A stretch of 64,000 nucleotides of DNA. It comes from an uncultured Dehalococcoidia bacterium. Lineage in GTDB: Bacteria > Chloroflexota > Dehalococcoidia > Lucifugimonadales > UBA3495. The notes under the pieces are model-generated. The model did not search any database. It was given only the letters and a program-made list of their open reading frames with translations, and was not told where the DNA came from. Below, piece by piece: positions 53,551 through 64,000 of the stretch (within the stretch, counting starts at the first letter, position 1; every line of letters begins with the position of its first letter). The stretch lies in assembly GCA_958296385.1 (NCBI GenBank), contig OY282494.1, positions 3,222,956-3,286,955 of the forward strand, given 5' to 3'. A program made the translations under genes and the position numbers.

Positions 53551-53906
53551 AACCAATCCACTACAAACATAAATATGCCCCAGGATTTCGGCCCGCTCAT
53601 GATGTCGGGGAGCGTAGCGTACTATCAAGGGGCGATGTAGCAACTATGTTACTGCCTGACGGCGGTGGTGTCAACCCATGCGCCTCAGCGCTGTTTGATG
53701 CCCCACACTACGCGGCGCAAGGGCCGCCGGCGTTGGTGCAGGTTTTAGGCTATCGGGGGAGCATCAAGCCAATCTACTGCGGGCACGAATATGCCCCAGG
53801 ATTTCGGCCCGCTCATGATGTCGGGGAGCGTAGCGTACTATCAAGGGGCGATGTAGCAACTATGTTACTGCCTGACGGCGGTGGTGTCAACCCCTGCGCC
53901 TCAGCG
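53551..53906 (-). repeat. S-D repeat array, locus B (D2-S1-D1 plus the tail of S0), 216-bp period, directly upstream of the NYN gene
   Basis: Plus-strand copies start at 53553 and 53769 and are near-identical over about 120 bp. Each D block carries TTGACA-17-TAACAT on the minus strand (53674-53669/53651-53646 and 53890-53885/53867-53862). Confidence 0.85.
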
Positions 53907-54132
53907 GGTAGCGTTCCGTTTTAGGTGGTTTAATCAGCCCGCCGCCGGCCATTCTGCCATTCCCCCTAATGTCATTCTGAGCGCAGCGAAGAATCTCGAC
54001 AGCGTAGCGACGGCGTTGCCCCCAAAGTGTGCCCTACGTCATCGAGATTCTTCGCTGCGCTCAGAATGACATTGGGGGGAGAGGGTCGGAATGAGATTAG
54101 GGAAACTAAACCACCTAAAACGGAACGCTACC
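53907..54132. mobile_element. 226-bp near-perfect palindromic MITE-like element with 9-bp target-site duplication
   Basis: The ends are GGTAGCGTTCCGTTTTAGGTGGTTTA... and ...TAAACCACCTAAAACGGAACGCTACC. The inner arms are the 38-mer 53962-53999 and its complement 54042-54079, with 1 mismatch. The element is flanked by GCCTCAGCG (53898-53906) and GCCTCAACG (54133-54141). Confidence 0.6.
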
Positions 54133-55063
54133 GCCTCAACGCCCGCTTAATCCCCTGCACCACGCGTCGCAACGGCCGCCGTCGCTGGTGTAGGTTTTGG
54201 GCTATTAGGGGGGCCAGGGTTGGGTTGGCGGCTATTAGGGGGGCTACCCATTTGCGCAGTTCGGCTATGGTGGGGGGGTGGGTGTCCCAGGTGGGGATTA
54301 GGGAGTCCAGGGGGTGCCAGGCGCGGTGGTTGGGGAGGCGGGTTATTATGGCGCCGCCGGCTTCTTGCACGGCCAGTGCGCCGCCCAGCATATCCCACAT
54401 CCGGGGGGCGCCGATGATGGCGAACTGCATTGCGCCCATCGCCGTTAGCGCCAGCTCGTAGGCGATGCTGCCGGTTACGCGGGGCTGGCCCAGCGGCTGT
54501 CCTTTGAGTCCTTTGCCGATGCGGGTTGAGGCGCCGAAAGAACCGGGCAGTCCGATTAGACGGTCGCCGCGCGGTTTGTCGGTTTGATATACGGATATTG
54601 GCGCGCCGTCCCGGCAGGCGCCGCCGTTGGCCCGGCTGTGGATTACTACCCCGCCGTCGGAGGCCGGCCAGGGGATGTACACGGCGCCGGCCAGCGGGCG
54701 GCCGCGATACAGCACTCCGATGGACGAGGCATAGACGGGCAGGCCGTTCATAAAGTTGGTGGTGCCGTCCAGCGGGTCCAGCACCCAGAGATAATCGGGG
54801 GCGGGGGTGTCGCCGTCGGCGCTGGCGTCGTCCTCCTCGCCGAGGATGCCATGGGCGGGAAAGCGCTCCGCAATGCGGGATTCCAGGTACGCCTGCGTTT
54901 CCTTGTCGGCGTTGGTTACCGGGTCTTGCCGGTTGCGGTCTTTGTACTCAACGCTGATGGCCTGCTCAAAGTGGCCGGTCAGGATGGCGCCGGCGCCGCG
55001 CGCAAAATCGGCGGCGGCCGATTCAATCTCAAGGGCAATGGCAGCGGCGGGCAAAGTCATCAT
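54128..55063 (-). CDS. inositol monophosphatase-family protein (SuhB-like)
   Basis: ...ILGEE... and ...WVLDPLDGTTNF... are the metal motifs, and ...IAANP... fits the C-terminal helix. The stop codon TAG (54130-54128) lies inside the terminal nucleotides of the palindromic element. Confidence 0.85.
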   Translation of the reverse strand: MMTLPAAAIALEIESAAADFARGAGAILTGHFEQAISVEYKDRNRQDPVTNADKETQAYLESRIAERFPAHGILGEEDDASADGDTPAPDYLWVLDPLDGTTNFMNGLPVYASSIGVLYRGRPLAGAVYIPWPASDGGVVIHSRANGGACRDGAPISVYQTDKPRGDRLIGLPGSFGASTRIGKGLKGQPLGQPRVTGSIAYELALTAMGAMQFAIIGAPRMWDMLGGALAVQEAGGAIITRLPNHRAWHPLDSLIPTWDTHPPTIAELRKWVAPLIAANPTLAPLIAQNLHQRRRPLRRVVQGIKRALRR

Positions 55064-55111
55064 GATGGCGATTGTACACCATCTATGACGGTTACGATGG
55101 GCTTGGCGGCG

Positions 55112-57676
<2,565 letters not shown>

Positions 57677-57726
57677 CGGGTCGTGCCGGCATTATAGCAG
57701 TGGGGAATAGTAGGCGGCGGTTTTCC

Positions 57727-57755
57727 TTGACAGGGTGTTGCGGCGGTAGCATACT
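57727..57755 (+). promoter_or_regulatory. sigma70-like promoter TTGACA-17-CATACT upstream of the MFS gene
   Basis: TTGACA is at 57727-57732, followed by a 17-nt spacer and CATACT at 57750-57755. The ATG lies 29 nt downstream. Confidence 0.4.
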
Positions 57756-57783
57756 GCGGCCTCACAGGAACCGGGGAGAAGTC

Positions 57784-59295
57784 ATGTCCGCTGTGAATCT
57801 TAAACCCGCCCAATTTGCGCTGGCCGGGCAACGCATCCACTACGCCTGGATGATTGTCTGCATTACGGCGATGATGCGGCTGGTGTCGTCGTCGTTCCGG
57901 ATGTCGTTTCCGGCGCTGGTGCCGTTCATCGCCGCCGCTTTCGGGTGGGAAGTCTGGCTGATAACGCTGGCTTTCTCGCTGCAATGGGTCATATCGGGAG
58001 CGTTTGGGCCGCCGGCGGGCTGGCTGGGCGACCGCTACGGGGCGCGGTTCACGATGACGGTGGGCGCGGTGCTGTACATCATCGGGATGATACTCACCGG
58101 ATTTATGACCGAAGTATGGCAGCTGTTCCTGTTCTTTGGCATCATCCTCAGCGCGTCAATGGGCATATTCCAGGTGCCGCTCACGGTGGCGGTAACCTCG
58201 TGGTTCCGCCGGCATCTGGGCGTCGGGATGGGGCTGCTGCAATCATCGCAGGGCTTCGGGCCAGTGGTAGCGCTGCCGGTAATGCTGGGGCTGTTCACCT
58301 GGTTCAGCGTGGGCGGCGGCGCCGAGTGGAGCGAGCGACTGCCCTTTGGCAGCCCGGAGGTTCTGGGGATACGGATGGCGTTCTGGATTCCCGGCATCGT
58401 GGGCGGGGCGATACTGCTGCTGCTGACCCGCGCTTTCCACAACGCGCCGGAGGACGTGGGCCTGCGCCAGCTGGGAGCATCCGCCGACGAAACGCCCCGC
58501 CAGCGGCCCACTACCGGCGTCGGGGCCAAGGCCCGCGCGCAGACGTTCCTGAAGCAGGTTCGCAAGACGCCGGCTTTCTGGAACCTGATTGGGATTCACT
58601 ATTGGGGCTGCGCCGGCCACAGCATCATCATCGTATTCTTGCCGCAAACCATCGTCGCCGCGCTGGAACCGGAATGGCATTCGCTGTCGGCCAACGACCC
58701 GTCGCTGCTGATTGCCGGCGCCATCGCCGGCGGAGCCGCCGCTACAATGAGCATCGTCAGCACGGTAACCCGGTTCGGAGTGCCCGTCGCCGCCGACTTG
58801 CTGGGCAGCAAGTGGGTGATGGCAACGTGCTTTTTCCTGCAAGTAGCGCCGGTGCTGGTGCTGCTGTTTGCCGTGGAGTTCTACCCCGAAGTCTGGATGT
58901 TCTACCTGTTCTCCATCCTGTTCGGCATCGGGTTTGGCGGCGAGATGTCGGCGTTCCCGATAATCAACCGGCAGTACTACGGCAACGCCCCCATCGGCAC
59001 GGCCTACGGGTTCCAGATGATGGGCGCCGGCGCGGGCATGGCCTGCGGCGCCGGCCTGGGCGCGCTGCTGCTGTACATCACCGACAACTACACGGCAACC
59101 ATCGCGCTGTCCTTCGTGATGAGCCTGGTCGGGGTAATCGCCATAATGTTCCTCCCCAACACCCACCGCCACCAACTGCCCGACTGGGAACAGGAACTCC
59201 CCCCCGAAATGCGCGCCGACACACCGCCGGCGCCAACGCCGGCCGCACCCCCCAACCCAGCCCAAGCCCCCGCCAGCAGCGGCGACGGGAACTGA
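57784..59295 (+). CDS. MFS transporter (oxalate/formate antiporter-like)
   Basis: The protein has about 12 TM segments. ...GPPAGWLGDRYGARF... is MFS motif A. Confidence 0.85.
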   Translation: MSAVNLKPAQFALAGQRIHYAWMIVCITAMMRLVSSSFRMSFPALVPFIAAAFGWEVWLITLAFSLQWVISGAFGPPAGWLGDRYGARFTMTVGAVLYIIGMILTGFMTEVWQLFLFFGIILSASMGIFQVPLTVAVTSWFRRHLGVGMGLLQSSQGFGPVVALPVMLGLFTWFSVGGGAEWSERLPFGSPEVLGIRMAFWIPGIVGGAILLLLTRAFHNAPEDVGLRQLGASADETPRQRPTTGVGAKARAQTFLKQVRKTPAFWNLIGIHYWGCAGHSIIIVFLPQTIVAALEPEWHSLSANDPSLLIAGAIAGGAAATMSIVSTVTRFGVPVAADLLGSKWVMATCFFLQVAPVLVLLFAVEFYPEVWMFYLFSILFGIGFGGEMSAFPIINRQYYGNAPIGTAYGFQMMGAGAGMACGAGLGALLLYITDNYTATIALSFVMSLVGVIAIMFLPNTHRHQLPDWEQELPPEMRADTPPAPTPAAPPNPAQAPASSGDGN

Positions 59296-59361
59296 TGGCG
59301 GCATTCAGCAGATAACAGCGTCATATAAAGTCGTGCGTCCCACAAGCAAGGAGGCGTTATT

Positions 59362-60351
59362 ATGGCAGACGGGATTACTATTCTGGTTGGTACGGCGGGG
59401 CAGGGGGTTATGCGGAGTGTGGACAGTGGGCTGTCGTGGCGGCGGGTGGGGATTACGCAGGGGATACATTCGGATGCGGTGGTGCGGTGTTTGACGCCGG
59501 CGCCGGATTCGGCGAGCGGGGTGCTGGCCGGCTGCGACCGGGGTATCCTGCGCAGCGACGACAACGGCGATACCTGGCGTCGCGTTGACACTGCGCTGAA
59601 CGATACGGCGGTTTGGGCCATCGCGTTTGACCCGTCTAACCCGCAGGTTGGGTTTGCCGGCACCGGCACGCCGGATCCCTGCCGCATCTATCGCACCCGC
59701 GACGGCGGCGCTACGTGGGAGCTGCGGCCGGTGGAAGTTGCCGCCGAGTGTCCGGCGGTGGGCGTGCCGCGGGTTACGGGCATTGCCATTGACCCCACCA
59801 ACGGCGACAGCGTGTGGGTGGGCATTGAGGTTGACGGCCTGCGCCACAGCGCCGACGGCGGCGATACCTGGGAAACCGTGCCGCATCGCGTCATCCCCAA
59901 CCTGGACATTCACAACGTTACCGTTACCGCCGGGCCGCCGCATCGGGTGGTGGTGATGGTCAACGACGACGTGTTTCTGACCGACGACGACGGCGGCTCG
60001 TGGCGCAATCTGGACGTGCGGCAGAACTTCCCGCTGGGCTACCCCCGGGGCATCAAGGTCAAGGCCGACGACCCGCAGACTATCTACACTACTTTTGGCG
60101 ATACTACGCCCGGCTCAACCGGCGTGGTGATGCGCTCGGAGGACGCCGGCGCGACGTGGGACAGCCTGGATTTGCCGGTGGAACCGAACACCGCAATGTG
60201 GGTGGTGAACTCGCAGCCGCAGAACCCCGACTACCTGCTGGCCGGCAGCCGCTACGGTTACCTGTACCAGTCGGATGACGCCGGCGCCTCGTGGGCCAAG
60301 CTGAACCGGGAGTTCAGCGAAATCTCCTCGGTGCTGTGGTTCCCCAACTAA
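59362..60351 (+). CDS. BNR/sialidase-like beta-propeller repeat protein
   Basis: Repeated S/T-x-D-x-G-x-T/S-W motifs are present: SVDSGLSW, SDDNGDTW, TRDGGATW, SADGGDTW, TDDDGGSW, SEDAGATW and SDDAGASW. Confidence 0.7.
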   Translation: MADGITILVGTAGQGVMRSVDSGLSWRRVGITQGIHSDAVVRCLTPAPDSASGVLAGCDRGILRSDDNGDTWRRVDTALNDTAVWAIAFDPSNPQVGFAGTGTPDPCRIYRTRDGGATWELRPVEVAAECPAVGVPRVTGIAIDPTNGDSVWVGIEVDGLRHSADGGDTWETVPHRVIPNLDIHNVTVTAGPPHRVVVMVNDDVFLTDDDGGSWRNLDVRQNFPLGYPRGIKVKADDPQTIYTTFGDTTPGSTGVVMRSEDAGATWDSLDLPVEPNTAMWVVNSQPQNPDYLLAGSRYGYLYQSDDAGASWAKLNREFSEISSVLWFPN

Positions 60352-60495
60352 CCCCGGCGCCGCCCTGTCCGCCGGCAGTGTCAATCCGCTGCCGGGAATA
60401 GGGCGGCGGGCGTGTTATTATTGTCGGGCGGGTAATGACGCGGCAACGGCGCCGGCCGGGCCGCGATTCTGTTACGGGGAACAAGTAACATCGGG

Positions 60496-61698
60496 ATGCA
60501 CCGGGCGCCGGCACGCGCCAACGAGTTAAACAAGGGCTGGTTCTTTTCCGTACTGGCGCTGGCCGTCTTTGCCGCTTTGAGCGCGGTTTTCATCCTCCCG
60601 CCGCTGCTGGAGGAAATCGCATCGGACCTGGACATCTCGGTGCCGGTTGCCGGTCAGCTGGCGACGGCTACTGCGGCGGCTTGGGCCGTCTCTTTACTGC
60701 TGGCGGGGCCGCTGTCCGATTCCGTAGGCCGCCGTCCGGTGGTGCTGGCCGGGCTGACGGTGCTGGCGGTGTCCGTTACGGCGTCGGCTTTTGCGCCCAA
60801 CATCGAGACGCTGCTGGCGCTGCGGATGCTAACCGGCCTGGCCGGCGGAACGATGCCGCCAACCGCAGTGGGGGCAGTGTCGGACGTCATCTCACCGGCC
60901 CGACGGGCGCAGGCGGTGGGCGTGCTGCTGGGGCTGAACGGGCTGACGCTGCTCATCACCGTGCCGCTGGTCGCCGTGCTGGCCGGCTGGCTGGGCTGGC
61001 AAGTGCCGTTCCTGGCCATCGGCGCGCTGCTGGCGGTGGGGCTGGTCGCCAACTTTATCTGGTTCCCGCGGGACAGCGCCCAGCGAATTCGCAGCTGGCG
61101 GTTTTTCTCCCGCTACCGGATGCTGCTGTCGCTGCGGTTTTTCCGCGTGGCCGTTGCGGTTGGCACGACGCAGCGCATCGCTTACTGGGCAATAGTCACC
61201 TTTTTTGCCGTGTATCTGATAAAGACCTACGGGGTGAGCGTGGGGTTCGTAGCGCTGCCGCTGGCGATAACGGCCATCGCGCAGATGGGCGGGAGCTACG
61301 CGGCGGCGTTCGTGGCGCAGCAGCGGCGGCGCGGCATCATCATCGCCGTCACATCGGTTGCCGGCGGCGTCTGCGGGCTGCTGCTGTTCACCGTAGAGTT
61401 CAACATCTGGATGGCAGTGGCGCTGGCTACGGTGGGGACGGGGCTGCTCAGCCCGGCGATGCCCGCGCTGGTGGCCGTCAGCACCGAGTATTCGGGCGAG
61501 TCCAAAGCGACGGGCGCCAGCCTGATGGGGCTGAGCAACCAGCTGGGCGGCGCGCTGGGGGCGGCGATTGCCGGCGCGCTGCTGGCGAACACTGGCTACG
61601 CCGGCATCGGCTACCTGTGCCTGGGCGTTACGATTGTCAGCGCGCTGCTGACCGGCCTGTTCGGCCGGCAGTTCGGGGAGAACGCCGGCCGTTACTGA
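60496..61698 (+). CDS. MFS transporter
   Basis: The protein has 12 predicted TM segments. ...GPLSDSVGRRPVVL... is motif A. Confidence 0.85.
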   Translation: MHRAPARANELNKGWFFSVLALAVFAALSAVFILPPLLEEIASDLDISVPVAGQLATATAAAWAVSLLLAGPLSDSVGRRPVVLAGLTVLAVSVTASAFAPNIETLLALRMLTGLAGGTMPPTAVGAVSDVISPARRAQAVGVLLGLNGLTLLITVPLVAVLAGWLGWQVPFLAIGALLAVGLVANFIWFPRDSAQRIRSWRFFSRYRMLLSLRFFRVAVAVGTTQRIAYWAIVTFFAVYLIKTYGVSVGFVALPLAITAIAQMGGSYAAAFVAQQRRRGIIIAVTSVAGGVCGLLLFTVEFNIWMAVALATVGTGLLSPAMPALVAVSTEYSGESKATGASLMGLSNQLGGALGAAIAGALLANTGYAGIGYLCLGVTIVSALLTGLFGRQFGENAGRY

Positions 61699-61717
61699 TG
61701 CGGGAGCCGGCGTCCGG

Positions 61718-62476
61718 CTAGAGGGCGGACGGGGCGGGCTGATGCGCCCGCAGGAAATCGCGCACCTGGTTGATCGTTGCGGCTTTCAAGTCCGGGGATT
61801 CTTTCCAGGGATACGCCGTCACCTGGGCCTGCGGCGCCAGCTCCGCCAAGTCCATTGCGGCCTCCAGCGAGTGGGACGGCGTGTCGTCGGGCATCACCAG
61901 CATCGGGGTCTGGCAGGCGCGGGCGAAATCGCGGGACACGCAGTACATAAAGTCGGGCTGCAACCGATAAAGGTTGTGCAGGTACTGCTCGACGGTTTCC
62001 ATCGTGACGTCGTCGCGCCGGGCGCACAGCTCGGGGCCCCAGACGTCGCGGCCGGAGTCGTACATTGCGTCGGGGGTTTTGCTGGCGTGGCCAACCGGCT
62101 GGCAAAGCACCGCCGCCAGGACGCGCTCCGGCGCCCGCTCGATGAGCTTGAGGGCAAAGGGGCCGCCGATGCAGTAGCCCATAAAAAAGAACTCGTCGAT
62201 GCCCAGATGGTCCATCAGCCCCAGCTGGTCATCGGCAAAAGCGCCCCAGGGGTCGTTGACCTGCACCGGGCCGCTGGACGCGCCGCCGTTGGCGTTGCGC
62301 TGGTCCATGGTAATGCAGCGGAAGTCGTCCTTAAACTCCTCCATCGCATTGAAAACCTGCCCCGGCCAGTTGCTGATGAGGGAGTTCAACCCCCCACCAG
62401 GGGTAACCAGCAGCGGGAACCCATCCCCAACCTCCTCGTACTGGATGCGGACATCGCCCTTAGTATAAAACGGCAT
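61718..62476 (-). CDS. alpha/beta-fold hydrolase
   Basis: ...FFFMGYCIGGPFAL... is a nucleophile elbow with Cys in place of Ser (G-Y-C-I-G). The ~250-aa length fits the fold. Confidence 0.7.
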   Translation of the reverse strand: MPFYTKGDVRIQYEEVGDGFPLLVTPGGGLNSLISNWPGQVFNAMEEFKDDFRCITMDQRNANGGASSGPVQVNDPWGAFADDQLGLMDHLGIDEFFFMGYCIGGPFALKLIERAPERVLAAVLCQPVGHASKTPDAMYDSGRDVWGPELCARRDDVTMETVEQYLHNLYRLQPDFMYCVSRDFARACQTPMLVMPDDTPSHSLEAAMDLAELAPQAQVTAYPWKESPDLKAATINQVRDFLRAHQPAPSAL

Positions 62477-62700
62477 TGCAATTCCTCCTTATCATCCTGG
62501 CCCACCTGCTGGCACCGGCGCCGGGTGTGCGGGCAATTGTAACCGGGCAGTGCGGCTTGTCAAGGCAGAAATCGCCGCGCGCCGGCGCCAACAACCGGCC
62601 CGATTTGCGCTATACTGCCCCCAGCGCACCGCGCGAACAACCCACGCCAACCCGACTTGGTGTATGATGCAACCGGACTGCGTTTCCGGTTGGCGGCGTT

Positions 62701-64000
62701 ATGACGAGTAACAGCACGTATTCCTACCAGTGGCGGCACATAGAACCGCTTACGGACGATGAACGGTCGATCAATCTCCGCACTATTAAACCGCTTTACG
62801 AAACCTGGCGGACAGCGCAATCCCGGCTTGAACAATCCAGCCCGAATAACCTGCGGATGTTCAACGAAAAACTAATCCGTCGCCTCAGCATCGAGACTGG
62901 CATCATTGAGCGTATCTATGACCTTGACGCCGGCACAACGGAAGCTCTGGTAACCCACGGATTCATCGAGAACCTCGTACCACACTCCAGCACCAACATC
63001 GCGCCCGCCCGCCTTATTGACATTCTCAATGACCAGGAAGCGGCGGTTAAATTGATGATGGCTTGTGTAGCCGGCGAGCAGCCGCTCAGCGTCTGGACTA
63101 TCCACCAATTGCACGAAACCCTGACCGCTAACCAGGACACTACCACCGCTATTGACCAGTTTGGCAATCGATTCGAAATTCCGCTTCTGAAAGGCCGATT
63201 CAAGGAAAACCCCAATAACCCGCGTCGTCCGGACGGCACACTACATGGGTATTGCCCACCGCTGCACGTGGCGTCGGAAATGGACAATTTGCTGGACTGG
63301 TTTGCGGAATATACCGACGAAGACCCCCTCATTACGGCAACCTGGCTGCACCATCGTTTTACTCAGATACACCCGTATCAGGATGGAAACGGACGAGTAG
63401 CGCGCGCCCTCTGCACTTTTGCGCTCCTGCAAGCAGGACTTTTGCCAATTATTGTGGATCGTGATATTAGAGCTGATTACATCAAAGCGCTTGAAATTGC
63501 CGACGACGGCGACCTGTCTAATCTGGCAGCTTTGTTTGCCGGACTGGAACGGCGCGCAATATTGCAGGCGATAAGCATTGACGCTGATTACGAAGTGTCC
63601 AGCCAGCAGACACTCTCCGCCGTAGCGCTAGGCAATCTGGCAAGACGGATTGAACAGCACGGCAACGAACCCAGTCAAATCAGTCAATCCCAACTAGACA
63701 AACTCCGCACCGTCAACGACATCGCTAAAATCCTCCGCCAACACGCACACCACACTATCAACGCCGAATTCAATACACTCAACGAACTTCTGTCAAGCAT
63801 CGCAGCAACCACCCTGCGAATTGACGACGGCGGGGCCGATTATGGAACTGCCCATTGGTACAAGCATGAAATCGTGCAATCTGCTGTTGCCGACGACATA
63901 TTTGCCAACTTCACCGATGACCATTATTTTGTCAAAGGCTCAATACGCGCGAACGACGAGCGGCTAATCTTTGTAACGTCATTCCACCATGTCGGTAGGG
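62701..64000 (+). CDS. Fic/DOC-family protein, long form; 3' end beyond the window
   Basis: This ORF is not in the track because it has no stop in the window. I translated it by hand: the frame is open from ATG 62701 to nt 64000. The Fic motif is HRFTQIHPYQDGNGRVARAL (about 63349-63408). The segment is AT-richer than its neighbours. Confidence 0.85.
   Translation, partial: MTSNSTYSYQWRHIEPLTDDERSINLRTIKPLYETWRTAQSRLEQSSPNNLRMFNEKLIRRLSIETGIIERIYDLDAGTTEALVTHGFIENLVPHSSTNIAPARLIDILNDQEAAVKLMMACVAGEQPLSVWTIHQLHETLTANQDTTTAIDQFGNRFEIPLLKGRFKENPNNPRRPDGTLHGYCPPLHVASEMDNLLDWFAEYTDEDPLITATWLHHRFTQIHPYQDGNGRVARALCTFALLQAGLLPIIVDRDIRADYIKALEIADDGDLSNLAALFAGLERRAILQAISIDADYEVSSQQTLSAVALGNLARRIEQHGNEPSQISQSQLDKLRTVNDIAKILRQHAHHTINAEFNTLNELLSSIAATTLRIDDGGADYGTAHWYKHEIVQSAVADDIFANFTDDHYFVKGSIRANDERLIFVTSFHHVGR

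Noticed and set aside
53551-53906. Type III toxin-antitoxin reading: tandem RNA repeats upstream of an RNase gene, as in toxI-toxN
   Set aside because: I considered this seriously, but several points count against it. The repeat unit is 216 nt and has fewer than 2 copies. Part of it is a copy of the IMPase coding 3' end. An array also exists at 47.8 kb with no nuclease gene. I kept it only as a minor possibility, to be tested by RNA-seq.
53646-53924. 92-aa plus-strand ORF spanning the tandem repeats (MLLPDGGGVNPCASA... appears twice)
   Set aside because: It is created by the 216-bp direct repeat itself. It has no RBS, and its content is dictated by repeat sequence that aligns with a gene 3' end on the other strand.

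Overview
High-GC bacterial chromosomal segment. GC content was judged by eye and not computed. Uma2 genes, GTCATTCTGAGCGCAGCGAAGAATCTC-type repeats and leaderless-looking promoters suggest Chloroflexota, but that taxon guess is low confidence. I support about 55 protein-coding genes and saw no rRNA, tRNA or CRISPR array. The housekeeping backbone includes an SDR, an enolase-superfamily enzyme, a Zn-ADH, an LLM oxidoreductase, a molybdopterin hydroxylase subunit, a peptide-type ABC importer, PcrA/UvrD and a CDO-like cupin with a 4x rhodanese protein. It also includes a 2-oxoacid dehydrogenase E1a/E1b/E2 operon with lipB, an aminotransferase, ATP sulfurylase, a crotonase, thrC, an IMPase-family gene, copA and two MFS transporters. 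AT-richer accessory islets interrupt this backbone. Most notable observations: (1) Two genes at 405-974 and 1418-1993 carry an in-frame TGA at a redox-motif position, each followed by a SECIS-like hairpin. (2) A tcmP plus DUF5131 (Gp37/Gp68, three-Cys) pair sits on a low-GC islet at 3.1-4.8 kb. (3) Five paralogous GT-C-like membrane proteins lie in two oppositely oriented blocks flanking the dehydrogenase operon. One is a pseudogene, the 5' halves are near-identical, and the C-terminal modules are shuffled. (4) Twice, a 2-TM small-protein gene is followed by a truncated soluble copy of itself; one such pair is inserted between the E1 alpha and E1 beta genes. (5) A ~210-bp unit occurs as short tandem arrays at two loci. 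It consists of the last 27 codons of the IMPase-family gene plus a promoter-like downstream block. One array abuts the start of a low-GC NYN-domain gene and is split by a 226-bp palindromic MITE-like element with a 9-bp target duplication. (6) Other accessory genes are a Zn-ribbon/HRDC/GIY-YIG protein next to a higA-higB-higA cluster, tandem Uma2 genes, and a long Fic protein running off the window end. All family names come from reading the translations; no database search was possible.
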